Source: Eledone cirrhosa
Lineage: Eukaryota
Direction: 5' to 3'
DNA length: 64,000 nucleotides
Assembly: GCA_964016885.1 (NCBI GenBank)
Contig: OZ024745.1
Location: 94,178,001 to 94,242,000 of the forward strand
Shown: positions 25,491-44,312 of the stretch, piece by piece
How the letters are laid out: each line of letters starts with the position of its first letter
Position numbering within the stretch: position 1 is the first letter of the stretch
Program-made: the position numbers and the translations under genes
The notes under the pieces: model-generated
Seen by the model: the letters and a program-made list of their open reading frames with translations, nothing else
The model's database searches: none
Told to the model about the DNA's origin: nothing

Positions 25491-25932
25491 GACATCGCGT
25501 AACATTCCATATTTAGGTATCGAGATTAATGGTTTTTATGGTATTATATTTTTTTCTTTGCTATCATCCTCTTTTTATCAGAAGACACCTCATTAACACC
25601 CCACCCCCAGACACACACCTAAATTCATCTTTAATATAGAAAATTGTTGTTTTCCTTTATAAATTTAAGCTAGTTGATTCAGCTATAAGAAAAGAATTTG
25701 TAAAGCATCTGACCATTGTATTTCATTCAACATAAGAGGTTGCTTTATCATTCGCAGCCATTTTCACATGCCAATAAACAAATAATAAAAGATAAGATTT
25801 TTCTAACAGACTTTATTTTTCGTATAAGATCTGTGTAGGCAAAAATTTATATCTTTTTATGGCTCTAAATGAAACAAATAAAAAAAAAGATTTTATTTTA
25901 TTCAGTGCTTGGAAGAGTGATTTAATAATGAT

Positions 25933-28900
25933 TTCATTTATTGCCCACAAGGGCCAACATATAGGGGACAATACAAAAGACTGGGACAGTGGGGTTTTAC
26001 AGAAAAATCGAGTAAACAATATGAATAACAATAACAAAGTAACAAGAAAAATACAACAAGAAATATTCCCCAATAGGGGGATGACCACACAGGGTTCGCT
26101 CAGGTACCCCACCAATCCTGAACGACCCGACGCTTCGAGAGCACCCTGGAAGGGCACCCCCTCTCCTCCTCAAATTTACCCACCTACAGCTGCATGACCA
26201 GAGTAGACCCACTCACACGGGCCATTCTCGCCACATTCACACACCTTTCAGCAAATGTACTGGGGGGCAGCACTTCTCTCTCCACCCTCACCTTCCTTTC
26301 CAAGTGAAACTTGAGAAAGTTGATGCGCGCATCTCGGGCATGTCCGTCTGACAGCACTTCCGTGCCTGTAGAGTTTATCGCGAACCGGCAGTGCCCCCCC
26401 CCCCCCCGGTAGCACTGCCAAGCGAAGGATTTTTGGAAATTATCCATCGTCTCCGGCTCGAAAGTCCTCCGGAACAGACTGGTTAGTTCGACTTCGTTGA
26501 CTCCCAGAGCCCACCTCTAATCCTCTATAGAACTCGAGAGTGGAAGTTCCACTGACCGCATTGCCCGCCTGGTAGAGGGGAGTGAGTGCCTGGCAACATT
26601 CCAGATGCCAGTCACCCAGTCTCGGTCTCTTCTTGACCCAGGGCTGCAGCTCAGTCAAAGAAACGAGCTGCGGAAAGGCCCGTCTGACAAACGGCGACCA
26701 CACCTGTTCACCGTTTAGGCAGAATATCTGGAGATGCCTCAGCCTCAGCGCGTGTCTGCGCATCATTATCCACGGCATGCCCAGCCCTCCAAGTAGAGGG
26801 TGTTGGCAGCAGATGGACCGCCTCACCAGCGGAACCTGACCCCTCCACAAGAATTTGAAGAGGAGCCGCTCCAAGATGGCGAGGCGCGAACGGGGGAAAG
26901 GGGCGACGGTCAGACGGTATTAGATGACGGGCGCGATGTACGCATTCGCCACATCCGCCCGACCTTTCAGTGATAGCTTCCTCCCGCGCCATTTCTGGGC
27001 GAGACTGGCTACCCTGCCCGTCACCTCGTCCCAATTCTTATCCCGTCAACCTTTCATATTCCTCCAATAAGTTGCCGACCACCTCGATTTCTGAGGTGTC
27101 CGACACCATCACGGTGATGTCGTCCGCATAAGCCGACACAGCCTTTCCGCGTCCCGGTTCGAGCGGGATACCCTGCAACAGCTCCAGCTTCCGCAGTAAA
27201 GGCTCAAGAATCGATACGTATAGAAGGGAGGAGAGAGGGCACTCTTAACGGACCGATCGGGAGACCTGAAACGGTTCCAAGAGGTGGCCATTAATTTTGA
27301 CCACCGAGCAGGTGCCGCTGTGCATTGCAGCGATCCAGCTTCTGAAGATGGAGCCGAAGCCAGCCGCCTTGAGGACAGCCTCCAGGTACCGATGGTCGAC
27401 CCTATCGAATGCTTTCGATTGATCTAAATTGATCAGAGTCCCACCGAAGCCAGGTTTACACCCTACCCTCTCTATGATGTATCGCATTAGGTGGAGGTTG
27501 TCGTGTATGGACCTGGTTGGGATTGCGCAAGTTTGCGCCTCCCCAACCAAATCCCCGACGACAAGCGCCAACCTCTCGCTAACACCCTGGCCAAAATCTT
27601 AAACTCTGTGTTGAGCAGAGTTTTGGGCCTGAAATTGTCTAATGTGTCCCTCTTGTTCTCGTCTTTCCTTATCAGCGTCATTACGCCCCGGCTCACAGAA
27701 CTGGGAATACTCCCGTTTTGCTGCCAGTTGCAGTAGAGGGCTTCGAGGAGATTGGAGAACAAGTCTGGCATATTTACGTACAGCTCGTAGGGCAGACCAT
27801 CCAAACCGGGTGACTTTCGCCTCATGCAGCCGACAAGGGCATCCTGAATCTCGGCTGAAGTAATTGGCCTGTCGCAGCGCCCAGCGTCAGCCGTCGAGAG
27901 TTGCGGCAAGCCATCGAGGTAGGGACTGAAGTCCGCCACCGTCTCTGACCCGCCACTTCCCCCGAACAAACGAGCAAAATGTTGGCGAAAGGCCTCACAC
28001 ATCCGCTTGGAATCGCTCAGCTCGTGTCCGTCTCGGTCCGTCAAAGACCGAATCGTGGTTTTATTACCACGCTGCGCCTCTGCCACGCGGGCCCATCGAA
28101 CAGCTTTGGTTCCCTCGTTTCTCAGAGCACGCGCCTTAGCTCTGACAATGCAACCTTCGTGTTTCGCATTGAAGAAATGGTCTAATGTCATTCTCGCCGC
28201 TAGCACGTCAGTTGCAATGCCACTACCAATAGCCTCGTCTAACCTATCTACCAACTCCCCCTCCTTTCTATTTTTAACGCTACTTCTTTGCTAAACTCTA
28301 TCGACATTACTCTAATCTATCTTTTGAGAGCCCCCTACCATCTATTGTTGACGACTCCCCCTGTCAACTTTTTCTTAACTAAATTGTTGACCTCGTCCCT
28401 GTAAGCCTTACGTGCCGGAAATGACATGTTTAGCTACCAGTAACCAGGTCCTAACCTACGCGTCTTATCTAGGTCGACCATACAGATCACAAACTTGTGA
28501 TTTCAATAGGCGACCGTTTTAAAACGTGGACAGCTTACACTATTTCTGTCTATTTTCCTAATGAATATACTGTCTATATACGATCTAGATGACCCTATGC
28601 GATTAGTCCAGGTCCACACTGGCACATTAGAGAAATCTAGTCGGTACCTGTCAGACAGTTGGGATACTCCCACACAGTCCCGGCATGCGTCTAAGATACC
28701 GTTCCAGTCCCCCGTTAACAGTAAAGGGCGATACGTACTCAGATAGGCTTCCAAGCGTCTAAAGAAGTCCGGCCGTCCTGCCCCAGTAGGGGCAAAGACG
28801 GCCACCAGTCTAAAGGAACCACCTTCGTTATTGTTCACGTCCAGGACCACTAACTTCCCGTCCGGGTCCCGGAAGATCGACCTTACTTCGAGATCCAGGC

Positions 28901-30761
28901 CTTTCCTAAACAGCACTTCCACCCCGCCTCCCATTCCCGGCCGGCTAACAGATGCAAAGATCTGATAGTCGTCGAAAATGGGGGCTAGTGCGCGCCTGTC
29001 AGTAATCCTGGTCTCGCTGACGGCAATTACATCCATTCTAGAGACCTGAGGTTGTTGAGCAGGTGACCCTGCTTCCAGGACGATCCCAGGCCTCGAACAT
29101 TTAAACTTCCTACTCTTAATGCGGCCATGTTGGCAGGTTAAAAAGAGAGAGAGAGGAAAGGTTTACTTACCTTCCGGGCTCTTGTGAAGGTCGGGTGGTT
29201 CGACATCCATAGTTGGTGGGGTTTCTTTTGGGAACTCCTTTAAAAGTGTTGAAGTGGGTTTTACGTTCGGGGTTCCAACGTCCCGACGAAAGCTGTCTCG
29301 TATCTCTTTGTATAAATCGAGCGACATTCGCACGAGAAACAAATCTTCCGGCACGCGAAATGTTTTCGATTTAAACATTTCCCCCTCTTTTCGTATATTT
29401 TCACTTCGTGCTACGAGGGCCATCAGTTCCTTGTTGGCCCTCCTGACGAGCACGAAGTTTTGTATGTTTTGTTGGTGTGATTTTATTTGTTTGCGTGGCT
29501 GTGGTGGTGATGGTTTTGGTGGTGTTGTTTCGATTGTGTCTGTGTTTGTTGTGAGTGCGGTGTCTGTGGTTTCAGATGTTTGTGTGTGTATTTGTTCTTC
29601 CGTCTGTTTAGGTTGTTTGCGTGTGGGGGATTCTGGTGATGGTGGTGTTGATGTTGGTGTTATTGGAGAGATGTTTGCGTGGGTGGTGTCTGCATTTTTT
29701 ATTGTGAGTGATTTTGTGCTTTGTTGAGTTTTTTTTTCCTTTTTGTGTTTCCTTTTTTGTATTTTGGGGGATTTTGGTTTCCCCTCATCTTCACTACTGG
29801 TAGATGAGGGGTCTGTGTCTCTGTGGGTGTTTATGTTTTTATTGGTGTATGTATTTTTTGGGGGAGGGGGAATTTGACAACTTTCCTCGTTTCCCCCCTG
29901 GGTGGTGGTCTTTCTATTGGTGTTGTTGTTGGTGGTTTTGCCGGTGCTGGTGTTGGTTGTGGTCCTCGCCCCGGCGTCGGCAGCAGTGGAGCCTTTCGAC
30001 CCCTTGCATCTTTCAGCAGTTGAGGGCAGAAGGCTCGCAAATAGGTTTTTCCCCCACAAACAAAACAATGCGGCCTTTTACCCTCGGTCATAATATGAAT
30101 GACCGTCCCATTCTGAAGGCGGATGTGGTCCGGGATTGTCTTCACATTCTCGGGCCTGATCTGGACAAGGATCTCCAGGTCATCCCCGGACCAATCCTCT
30201 CTGGCCGTTCTGGTCACTTCTATTGGGACGGTATCCGTCCCCTCCACAATCACACATCCCAGAAGCCACCACATGTCAAGTCCTGGTGGGATTCTGGGAA
30301 TGCGGAAACGGGCCGTTCTTTTTCCCATGTGGGAGGGGTACATTGCTGGTTTTGCAAGGAGTCATAGCGTGTTTCATAGCGAGGGCTTCTTACTTGAATA
30401 GCACCGAAATGGTGCCGTACTGTCTGCCCCTCGCTATGTATTCGGTGTCTTCTCTGTTGCACCTCAGCGCGACTTCGACATCTGCTTGTGGGATTAAAGC
30501 TGCCCTTTTGGTTTGTGCAGAGATGCATCTATAATGCACCGTTCTGCGCTCCACTGCCTCAATAGCTTCTACCGGGGCAGTTAAGTTGGCCCAGGTTTGC
30601 TCTTGCTTGATGAGCTTCCATGCCTGGGCCAACTTTTCATCTTTGTTTGAGAGGTCCATGTTGAAGCATGGCCTCTTTTTTGCTGCTGCCGCAGCGAAAG
30701 TGTTCTTCTTGTTGTCGTTGGGGGTGTTGTTGTTGTTGTCGTTCTCGTTGGTGTTGTTGTT
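25933..30761 (-). mobile_element. Tx1/L1-clade LINE with ORF1 and ORF2 (decayed) and a 20-bp TSD
   Basis: ORF1 ~30659-29163 with zinc-knuckle relic CFVCGGKTYLRAFCP; ORF2 from 29128 (GSLNVRGL, SET, GDWN, SRSYID = APE; KSPGLDGLPYE, LDQSKAFDRVDH, CPLSPLLY, AYADDIT = RT); TSD aagagtgatttaataatgat at 25913-25932 and 30762-30781. Confidence 0.92.
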
Positions 30762-30781
30762 AAGAGTGATTTAATAATGAT

Positions 30782-31160
30782 AATGATTTCTAATTTAGAC
30801 ATAAGGCCAACAATTTTTGGAGAGGAGAAAGCCGATTGTATTGACCCAGTACTTTATTGATACTTTATTATCGACCTCGGAAAATGAAAGGCAAATTTAA
30901 CTTCGGCGGGATTTGAACTCGGAACGTAAATAGCCAGAACAAATACTACTTAGCATTTCTCCGACGGTCTAACCACTTTGTCTATCCACTGTCCTAAAAA
31001 TAATTCTTTCCAGCATTGGCACAAGGCCAGGAATCAAATCAACCCCAGTAATTGATTTATCGACCCTGGAAAGATGAAAGGCAAAGTTGACCCGTGGTGG
31101 AATTTGAACCGGAACAAATATCACGAGATATTCAATCCAACGGTCTATCGACTCAACCAG
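30782..31160 (-). mobile_element. Two degenerate major-family SINEs
   Basis: ttatcgacc..gaaaggcaaa..ggcgggatttgaactc pattern occurs twice. Confidence 0.8.
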
Positions 31161-31166
31161 AATAAG

Positions 31167-31243
<77 letters not shown>

Positions 31244-31284
31244 AAATATGACGCTTGTCTAAAAAAATGTTTTAGACTTGACAT

Positions 31285-32024
31285 ATATAATTTCAGCGAG
31301 ATCGTATTTCGGCGGCGGCCAAAACAAAACGAAACGCAATTTTCGAGATATGCCGGCAAGCGTTCAATGGATTAGGAAGAAGCCAGAGCAATTAACATAC
31401 GTTATAAGGGCCAGACACATTATAAAAATGACTGTGAGGTGACAAGCGAGGCAGTCGAAAAAACGAGCAAGCTAAACAGGTTAACAAAAATTACCTGGAC
31501 CTTCCTGGAACGTGGTGGTAAAATCCAGTGGGAGGTTTCTGTGACTCCTAAATCAAGTATACTGTCTGTTTTCGTTGTAAGCTTTTGGAATAATGATCGA
31601 ACAAGGCAGACACTTTGTCAACAGGATTTTTGCTCTCAACCGCCTACGGGTTCAAATGAAGAATTAGTGAAGCCACTACCTCACGTCGTTACCCTGCAAG
31701 GGAGGTAACCCCTGTTTTTGGCGGGTGCATTCAAAGTGTGTAAAGGAATTGCAAAAAATTGCAAAAAACAGCACAAACCGAAGTAGGCTCTCGACCGGGT
31801 TGTTTTTAAATAAACTTAAGCAATTAATCAGTCAATAGAATTGTCTAATTGAATTAACTAATTAATTGCTAGGCCCGGGAGATTAATACAAATATAATTT
31901 CAGCGAGATCGTATTTCGGCGGTGGCCAAAACAAAACGAAACGCAATTTTCGAGATATGCCGGCAAGCGCTCAATGGACTAGGGAGAAGCCAGAGCAATT
32001 AACATACGTTATAAGAGCCAAACA
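31285..32024. repeat. ~607-bp non-coding unit with a ~133-bp terminal direct repeat
   Basis: 31285-31418 is repeated at 31892-32024; the unit is homologous to 44615-45263. Confidence 0.8.
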
Positions 32025-35941
<3,917 letters not shown>

Positions 35942-36714
35942 TAGTTGTGTATAGTGGTAGCTATGGTGCTTCCATAGGCGGTATGCCAAAATTAGCACTC
36001 GATATTCATCAGAGTAGAGTGTATATATTATAAAGGAAACGAAAAATCAGTGATGCATCTGAACTTAGTTTATTTCGTGCTACAAATGTTTCGCCGGCAT
36101 GTAGCTCGAGTCATGGTCCTTGTATGGTTCTGGCTGATTATACTTCTGCGGGTTCTTTCAGACACAGGTGTTACGTCCGGACCAAATTTTATCACGGGTG
36201 TTATCATCAAAACAACACCCTCAAAAAACCCTACTTCCACTCTTGTCATGCCATTGGCTGTTTTTACTCCACGTCATCACAAGTTCTGGTCAGTATCTGC
36301 TGCCACACGGTTCATCAACCATTTTCCGTCCGACACATTTCAATGGGGTCATGCTGGGTTCAGTACTTCACACGTCTGCTTACACTTCAGATTAGGCACC
36401 CACACTTACTAGAATACACACATAAAAACACACATGCAGACACATACCTATCTATGGATACATACTCGTACGCCTACATGCGCAGTCACACACACACCCC
36501 CACATACATACATCGCAATATATATACTCACATACCCTCTCTCCCTCACTTCCACGGACCCATTCACATCCACTTGTTGCTACATATCGGCGCAAGCCTT
36601 CTGACGTTTGTTTACGTCTCGCTTTGTATCACTTAGGAAAAGCATATCATACTCAAACGTACACCTATATACATACATACGTGCGCACATACACATTCGC
36701 GCAACGTTCTATAC

Positions 36715-36763
<49 letters not shown>

Positions 36764-36836
36764 CACGCTCATACACACACATATATACATTTACATACAT
36801 ACCCATACATACCTATATACACACATGTGTATACGC

Positions 36837-36868
<32 letters not shown>

Positions 36869-36969
36869 ATACACATACGTATATATGTAAATGTATACTC
36901 ACACATGACCACACATACATACGAATAAACATACGTAGATAAACATTACCTACACACGTACATACACAT

Positions 36970-37013
<44 letters not shown>

Positions 37014-37350
37014 GTATATATATATATATACATACATACATATATACACACACATATATACACACAAAAGAAGAGGTTCAACTTAACATGCGTACGCCCA
37101 TCCACACATATACATATAAATACCCACGCATATACATACATCTACACATGCATACGCATACGTGTTGCCACATGCAAACACCTGCACGCATGCACATCTG
37201 CCTAAACACACACAAGTGCTATCACATATACATATATAAAAATATATAAAAACACACCTGTAAGTGAACAGTTAAAATACATTATGCAATATACACAGTA
37301 TAACGACAGTAAAATAAAAAAATATACAATGTAACATAATGTACAATATG

Positions 37351-37453
<103 letters not shown>

Positions 37454-37485
37454 CATATATATATATCATATTGTACATTATGTTA

Positions 37486-37544
<59 letters not shown>

Positions 37545-37547
37545 AAC

Positions 37548-37604
<57 letters not shown>

Positions 37605-39088
37605 CATATAGAAATTACATGAATCAAAGTTCTGTTCAAACCATTTATTCGCTTACAATTGTTTCTTCCAAACCGAGGTTTGGTGTCTTCGGAGCAATTT
37701 TTCAATGATTGTTTACATACATGACCTCCTTTCCAACACACGAGACATACAGAAACATATGTATATATCGATGTACAGTGGGGTGACATCCATTATAATA
37801 TTTAGCATGGCAATTTACATTCAAAGATTAAAGTCATATTAAAAGAAAATTAAAACAAAATTAAAGTTAAAATACAACATTGGCAGTTTACGAAGATAAT
37901 GCAAGAGGATAGTTAGAAGTAGTTAGTGTATGCAATAGTTACACGTGGGGCATGCACGTGTGTCTTATTTATATAAGATTATAGTGCAGCAAGGTGTTAT
38001 ATGGGATACAAGCACTTTAAGCGGGCAATCAAGAGTATTATGGGGGTTGTATTGGTAAAGTATTTTTTTATGTATGATATAGAAGCTTGTGTGCAGAGAA
38101 ATATTAAAAATATTAAAAATGAGAAGCAAAACAATGTTATGGTTTTCGTATACACCACCATTTTCACAATCCAGGAAACGTAATATATAGATTATATGTC
38201 CTTCACATAATCAACGATGATTCAATATTGGATGCTTGATGAATTAGGTTAGAATATTACAGCTTGTTGTTCTTTAATCCAATTTTATAGAGCAGGTAGT
38301 TTTTGTTGCGAGAATTAACATCGTATTATTTTCCGGAAGTGTGTGTGTGTGATTAAGGGGAGTTAATGCGTGAGGGGAGGTAACTAGCTGATTTCTATAA
38401 CTAAATTTATTATCCCAAATGAGTCCCTATCATATAAGGTTATAAACAGTTTCTAAATTTAAGTATCCTATCTTTAAATTACAGTCTAGTCTATCAAGAA
38501 GTACTAAAGGTGTTCATATTAGGATGATTACCCTCTATCATAGAGTGCCACAACTGAATATTCCACAGGAAGAGTCAGATCCCCAAATCAATGATCTTTG
38601 TAAGTGTAGTCTACCCGCAGACCCTGGCAGGGTTTGATTAGAATCACTTCTATATATAACTCCTGGTAAGCTCTGGGTCAGTGCATGTCTGATTGCATGG
38701 CAAAATTAAATATCACTAGGGTAGACCAGAGATCAATTCTCACTTACAATGTCACTAATCTGACCATCAAGTCATACATGTATGTATAACTCATACATCA
38801 CTTGTACATAATTCATTGTACTCAGCATATAGGTTATATAGCCCTTTTATGTTAATAAATTAATTAATCTTCCATTTATCCAATGATAGCACTCCATACA
38901 CAGAACAACATTAGCACAACCAATTCAGTGTTTAAAGTTTACATTAATTATATAGTGGTGTAATGTAGTCTAAGTAATTGAAGGCAATTATACCAAAAGT
39001 AGATGTACATGGGGGTATCTCTAGGGTAAAAGGTTCTAGAAGGATGTCACTATTTGTGTTAAGGTGGATCATTGAGTGTGGAGATGTG

Positions 39089-41485
39089 AATACATATGAG
39101 AAATTATTGATCGACAGTGTAAATTCCTTTATCAATAGAGTGAGATGGAGGACATTCCAGTATGATAAAAACAAATCTAGCAAGGTTAATAATACTACCA
39201 AATTTGACTCCTTCGGCTTTAAAACCTTTAGAAGCCCCCCTCATAACACACTACTAAACTCCTTTGAAAATGACCTAATAAAACTAGTTAAGAACATTAA
39301 ATACAAAAAGCACCGTAATAAAAACACCTTCTTAAACAAACTTAACACTTCTATTAATGAATTCAAAACTAGTAATAAAATTATTGTACATGCGGACAAA
39401 ACTAATAACATATACAGCCTAGATTATAATACTTATAGAAAGTTTATATATAATGAACTACATAAAAGCTACAAGAAAACTACTATGAAAAACTTAGAAG
39501 ATATTAATATGGAAGGCTATAATATAGTGTCCAAACTAAGACTTCAGAGACATACACAACCATATACCCCAAACCCCCCTAGATTCTCTCTGAAGGACCA
39601 TAAGGAGGACTTCATTAGCAACCCCTCGATTAGACTTATCTGCCCTTCCAAGTCTGACATTGGCATTATCAGTAAGAAAATTTTAGATAAAATCATCCCA
39701 CAGATTAAACACAAGATATACCTTAAACAATGGGGAAATACGGGTGAAGTTATTGAATGGTTCAAAGATATCAAGGATAACAAGGACAAAAATTTTATTC
39801 AATTTGATATCAATTCATACTACACCTATATTTCCCCTATCCTATTAAATAAGGCACTAATCATGGCCATGGACAATAGTGACCTGACTAGACCCCAGAT
39901 TGATGTCATACTTGCGGCCCGTAAAACCGTAATCGCCTTTGAAGACCAATTATGGACCCGCAAAGATACGCAAAACAACTTCGACATAACCATGGGATCT
40001 AGTGACTCGGCGCAGGTCACTGATTTGGTCGGCCTATATTTACTTAACGAAATCCATAAGAACCTTCCATACCTCAACGGTGGTTTGTACCGCGATGATG
40101 TACTTCTACTTATAGACTATAAAAAATTCAATATAGAAAGAACTAGAAAACTATTGCACAAGACATTCAAAAACTATAACCTTAGTATCACCATGGACAA
40201 AAACACTAAAAACGTTAACTTCCTGGACGCCACCCTCTACCTAGACTCAAAGATATATACACCTTTCCATAAACCTAACGAAAAACTCATTTACGTAGAT
40301 ACCAAGTCTAACCACCCTAGATCAATATTAAACTCTATCTCTAAGGGAGTATCCAATAGAATCTCTAATCTATCCTATGACGTAAACAAATTTAGCAAAA
40401 ACTCGCAATATTATAATCAGGCATTAGCTAGATCAGGCCATAATATAGAGATCGAGTTCCTACCTACAAAAACACATAGCTACAACATTATTTCGCACAA
40501 TATGTCCATGAGGAAATTTAGTAATAAGAATAGCAACCACACACACACTAATACGGAGGATGCCAACAAAAGTAACCCACACCACAGAAATTACCATAGT
40601 ACCATAAAAGGAAACAACTCACCAGACATAAAAAACAAAAATAGAAGAAATAATACATTTTTCAACCCTCCTTTCAATCTAAACGTCTCTACCAACCTAC
40701 CTAGGGCTTTCTTCTCACTCTTAGATAGAAACTTCCCATCTGGCCACAAGTACCATAGACTTTTAAACAAAAACACTATTAAAATCTCCTACTCTACTAC
40801 GCCTAACATAGCATACCACATAGCTAGTAGCAATAAAAGAAAAATTAATTCTTACTTCCAACAAACTAAATCACAACAGGCGATAAACCTTTAAAATAAC
40901 ATTATATCAACTAACCCTAATAACAATAGTAATAATAGTAATAGCACTAGTGTAAGCAATAACGCTGGGAACGACAACCCCCATAACCATAATCCTATAG
41001 CTACTATCCAGACTTCTACACAACATAATAACCGGCAAACTAACACCCAGAATAATTGTAACTGTAGATCAAATAGAACCTGCCCTTTAGATAAAAAATG
41101 CTTAATCAAGGATATCATATACTCATGCACCGTCACAACTAGCAACTCTTCTGAAACCTATATAGGCTCTACTTCAAACTGCTTCAAAACCAGATACAAT
41201 TCGCACCTCCACTCTTTCAAAAAACACAGTCTAGCCAACTCCACTTCACTATCTAGCTACATACACTATCTAAAAACTAAAAATAAATCTTATACACTTA
41301 AATGGGAAGTGATAGGTAACGCGACATCGTACAAACCACCTAATAAATTTGGTAACCTCTGTCTAATAGAGACCCATACTATTATCTTCTCAAACCATAA
41401 CCTCCTTAATAAAAAATCAGAAGTGTTCGCGTCTTGTCAGCACCGCTTCCGACACTTCTTCCAAAACTTTAAACCCAATATATAA
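39089..41485 (+). CDS. PLE reverse transcriptase + GIY-YIG endonuclease (single in-frame TAA at 40892-40894; 5'-truncated)
   Basis: INRVRWR, ADKTNNIY, QFDINSYY, MGSSDSAQVTDLVG, GLYRDD, VNFLD, FNPPF; the same frame continues past the stop to CNCRSNRTCPLDKKC, IIYSC..TYIG, FKTRYNSH, LLNKKSE..CQH. The CxCx5C linker and YRDD suggest a Nematis-like clade. Confidence 0.9.
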
Positions 41486-42938
41486 CAATGTCAGACTTGA
41501 ACCCGTCACCACCTCTAGCAACAAACCTCAAGGGCACACCTTACACCACATCTCCGCACTCAATGATCCACCTTAACACAAATAGTGACATCCTTCTAGA
41601 ACCTTTTACCCTAGAGATACCCCCATGTACATCTACTTTTGGTATATTTGCCTTCAATTACTTAGACTACATTACACCACTATATAATTAATGTAAACTT
41701 TAAACACTGAATTGGTTGTGCTAATGTTGATCTGTGTATGGAGAGCCATCATTGGATAAATGGAAGATTAATTAATTTATTAACATAAAAGAGCTATATA
41801 ACCTATATGCTGAGTACAATGAATTATGTACAAGTGATATATGAGTTATACATACATGTATGACTTGATGGTCAGATTAGTGACATTGTAAGTGAGAATT
41901 GATCTCTGGTCTACCCTAGTGATATTTAATTTTGCCATGCAATCAGACATGCACTGACCCAGAGCTTACCAGGAGTTATATATAGAAGTGATTCTAATAA
42001 AACCCTGCCAGGTTCTGCGGGTAGACTACACTTACAAAGATCATTGATTTGGGGATCTGACTCTTCCTGTGGAATATTCAGTTGTGGCACTCTATGATAG
42101 AGGGTAATCATCCTAATATGAACACCTTTAGTACTTCTTGATAGACTAGACTGTAATTTAAAGATAGGATACTTAAATTTAGAAACTGTTTATAACCTTA
42201 TATGATAGGGACTCATTTGGGATAATAAATTTAGTTATAGAAATCAGCTAGTTACCTCCCCTCACGCATTAACTCCCCTTAATCACACACACACTTCCGG
42301 AAAATAATACGATGTTAATTCTCGCAACAAAAACTACCTGCTCTATAAAATTGGATTAAAGAACAACAAGCTGTAATATTCTAACCTAATTCATCAAGCA
42401 TCCAATATTGAATCATCGTTGATTATGTGAAGGACATATAATCTATATATTAAGTTTCCTGGATTGTGAAAATGGTGGTGTATACGAAAACCATAACATT
42501 GTTTTGCTTCTCATTTTTAATATTTTAAATATTTCTCTGCACACAAGCTTCTATATCATACATAAAAAAATACTTTACCAATACAACCCCCATAATACTC
42601 TTGATTGCCCGCTTAAAGTGCTTGTATCCCATATAACACCTTGCTGCACTATAATCTTATATAAATAAGACACACGTGCATGCCCCACGTGTAACTATTG
42701 CATACACTAACTACTTCTAACTATCCTCTTGCATTATCTTCGTAAACTGCCAATGTTGTATTTTAACTTTAATTTTGTTTTAATTTTCTTTTAATATGAC
42801 TTTAATCTTTGAATGTAAATTGCCATGCTAAAATATTATAATGGATGTCAACCCACTGTGCATCGATATATACATATGTTTCTGTATGTCTCTTGTGTTG
42901 GAAAGGAGGTCATGTATGTAAACAATCATTGAAAAATT

Positions 42939-42983
42939 GCTCCGAAGACACCAAACCTCGGTTTGGAAGAAACAATTGTAAGC
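42939..42983 (+). ncRNA. Variant hammerhead-like motif at the PLE3 3' end (mirrored at ~37651-37695 on minus)
   Basis: gct-CCGAAGA-caccaaacc tc ggtttggaa-GAAA-caattgTA^agc then AATAAA; the core has C in place of U4. Confidence 0.5.
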
Positions 42984-44054
42984 GAATAAATGGTTTGAAC
43001 AGAACTTTGATTCATGTAATTTCTATATAACTGCTCTGTAGAACAACTGATGTTATTACATTGAGCTATTTATCTTACTGGTAATAATGTAGTAATAAAT
43101 TACTGTCTTTCACTGTTTAGGCTTTAAAATATATATAATTATAAAAGGTTTTAGTATATACATAACCATAAATAGTATCCTTAATACATATACATATATA
43201 TCTCTCTCTCCCCCTTTTATACATATATACACACACACATATATATATATATACACACCCACTCATACACACACACACACGTACAACGACTCATACATAC
43301 ATATACAGATATATATGGATATATATAGAGTATATGTGATAAAATAATACAACAAGAATAATAGTAATAATAACAAAAGCATATATAGTCCCTACATAAT
43401 CATCTGCAGACATTCCTATGAGATGCACATAAACACATACTTGTATGCACAAATACATATACACACATCCATAGGCCCGCAAATGCATGCACCCACATAC
43501 ACATCCATATATATATACACATACACACACACATATATATATATATATGCACACTTACCCACCCGCACACACACATACCTACTCATACGTGGCTATATGT
43601 ACACACTCACACATACATATATATATATATCTATATACATATATATACATATATATACACACACATGCTCATACACATACATATACATATATACACACAC
43701 ACCCACACACACTTACACCCACATTCCGCCATATATGTATATATATGCACACGTCTGCACCTACAGGCGCGTATAAGCTCGCGCACACACGCACCCATGC
43801 CCACACACACACCCCGACACCCACCCACGTATATATATATATACATACATACGCATCTACTCACACACACACGCACATATCCCACACACATGTCCACACA
43901 TAAGAACTCGTGAACATAATCACAATATGATAATAAAATAAAATACATAAATAAATTTACAATATTTTAGGGTACATTAAAATCTGTAAGTAACTGCATA
44001 AATAGGTACAAGAAATAAACTAAGTCCAGATGCATCACTGATTTTTCGTTTCCT

Positions 44055-44096
<42 letters not shown>

Positions 44097-44312
44097 GAAC
44101 GATCGACTTTCGTCAAATCGGACCGAGGGAACAATGTTTCCGTTGGTCTTTCCAATTGCTAATACTATCTATCGGTCGCAACTCCAGGCAGAAGGAGCAA
44201 CGTGAAATAAAGTGTCTTGCTCAAGGACATAACGCATCGCCTGGTCCAGGAATCGAACTCACAACCTTACGATTGCGAATCCAATTCCCTAACCACTCAG
44301 CCACACGCCTTC

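Larger units (their letters stand above)
37607..43027 (+). mobile_element. Penelope-like element 3, near-intact, with 1.48-kb inverted terminal repeats, in (TA)n
   Basis: 37607-39088 is the reverse complement of 41547-43027 with few mismatches; the RT + GIY-YIG frame lies between the arms. Confidence 0.96.

Noticed and set aside
40892-40894. Selenocysteine or programmed read-through in PLE3
   Set aside because: The codon is TAA, not TGA, and lies in a low-complexity linker; a simple nonsense mutation is more likely.
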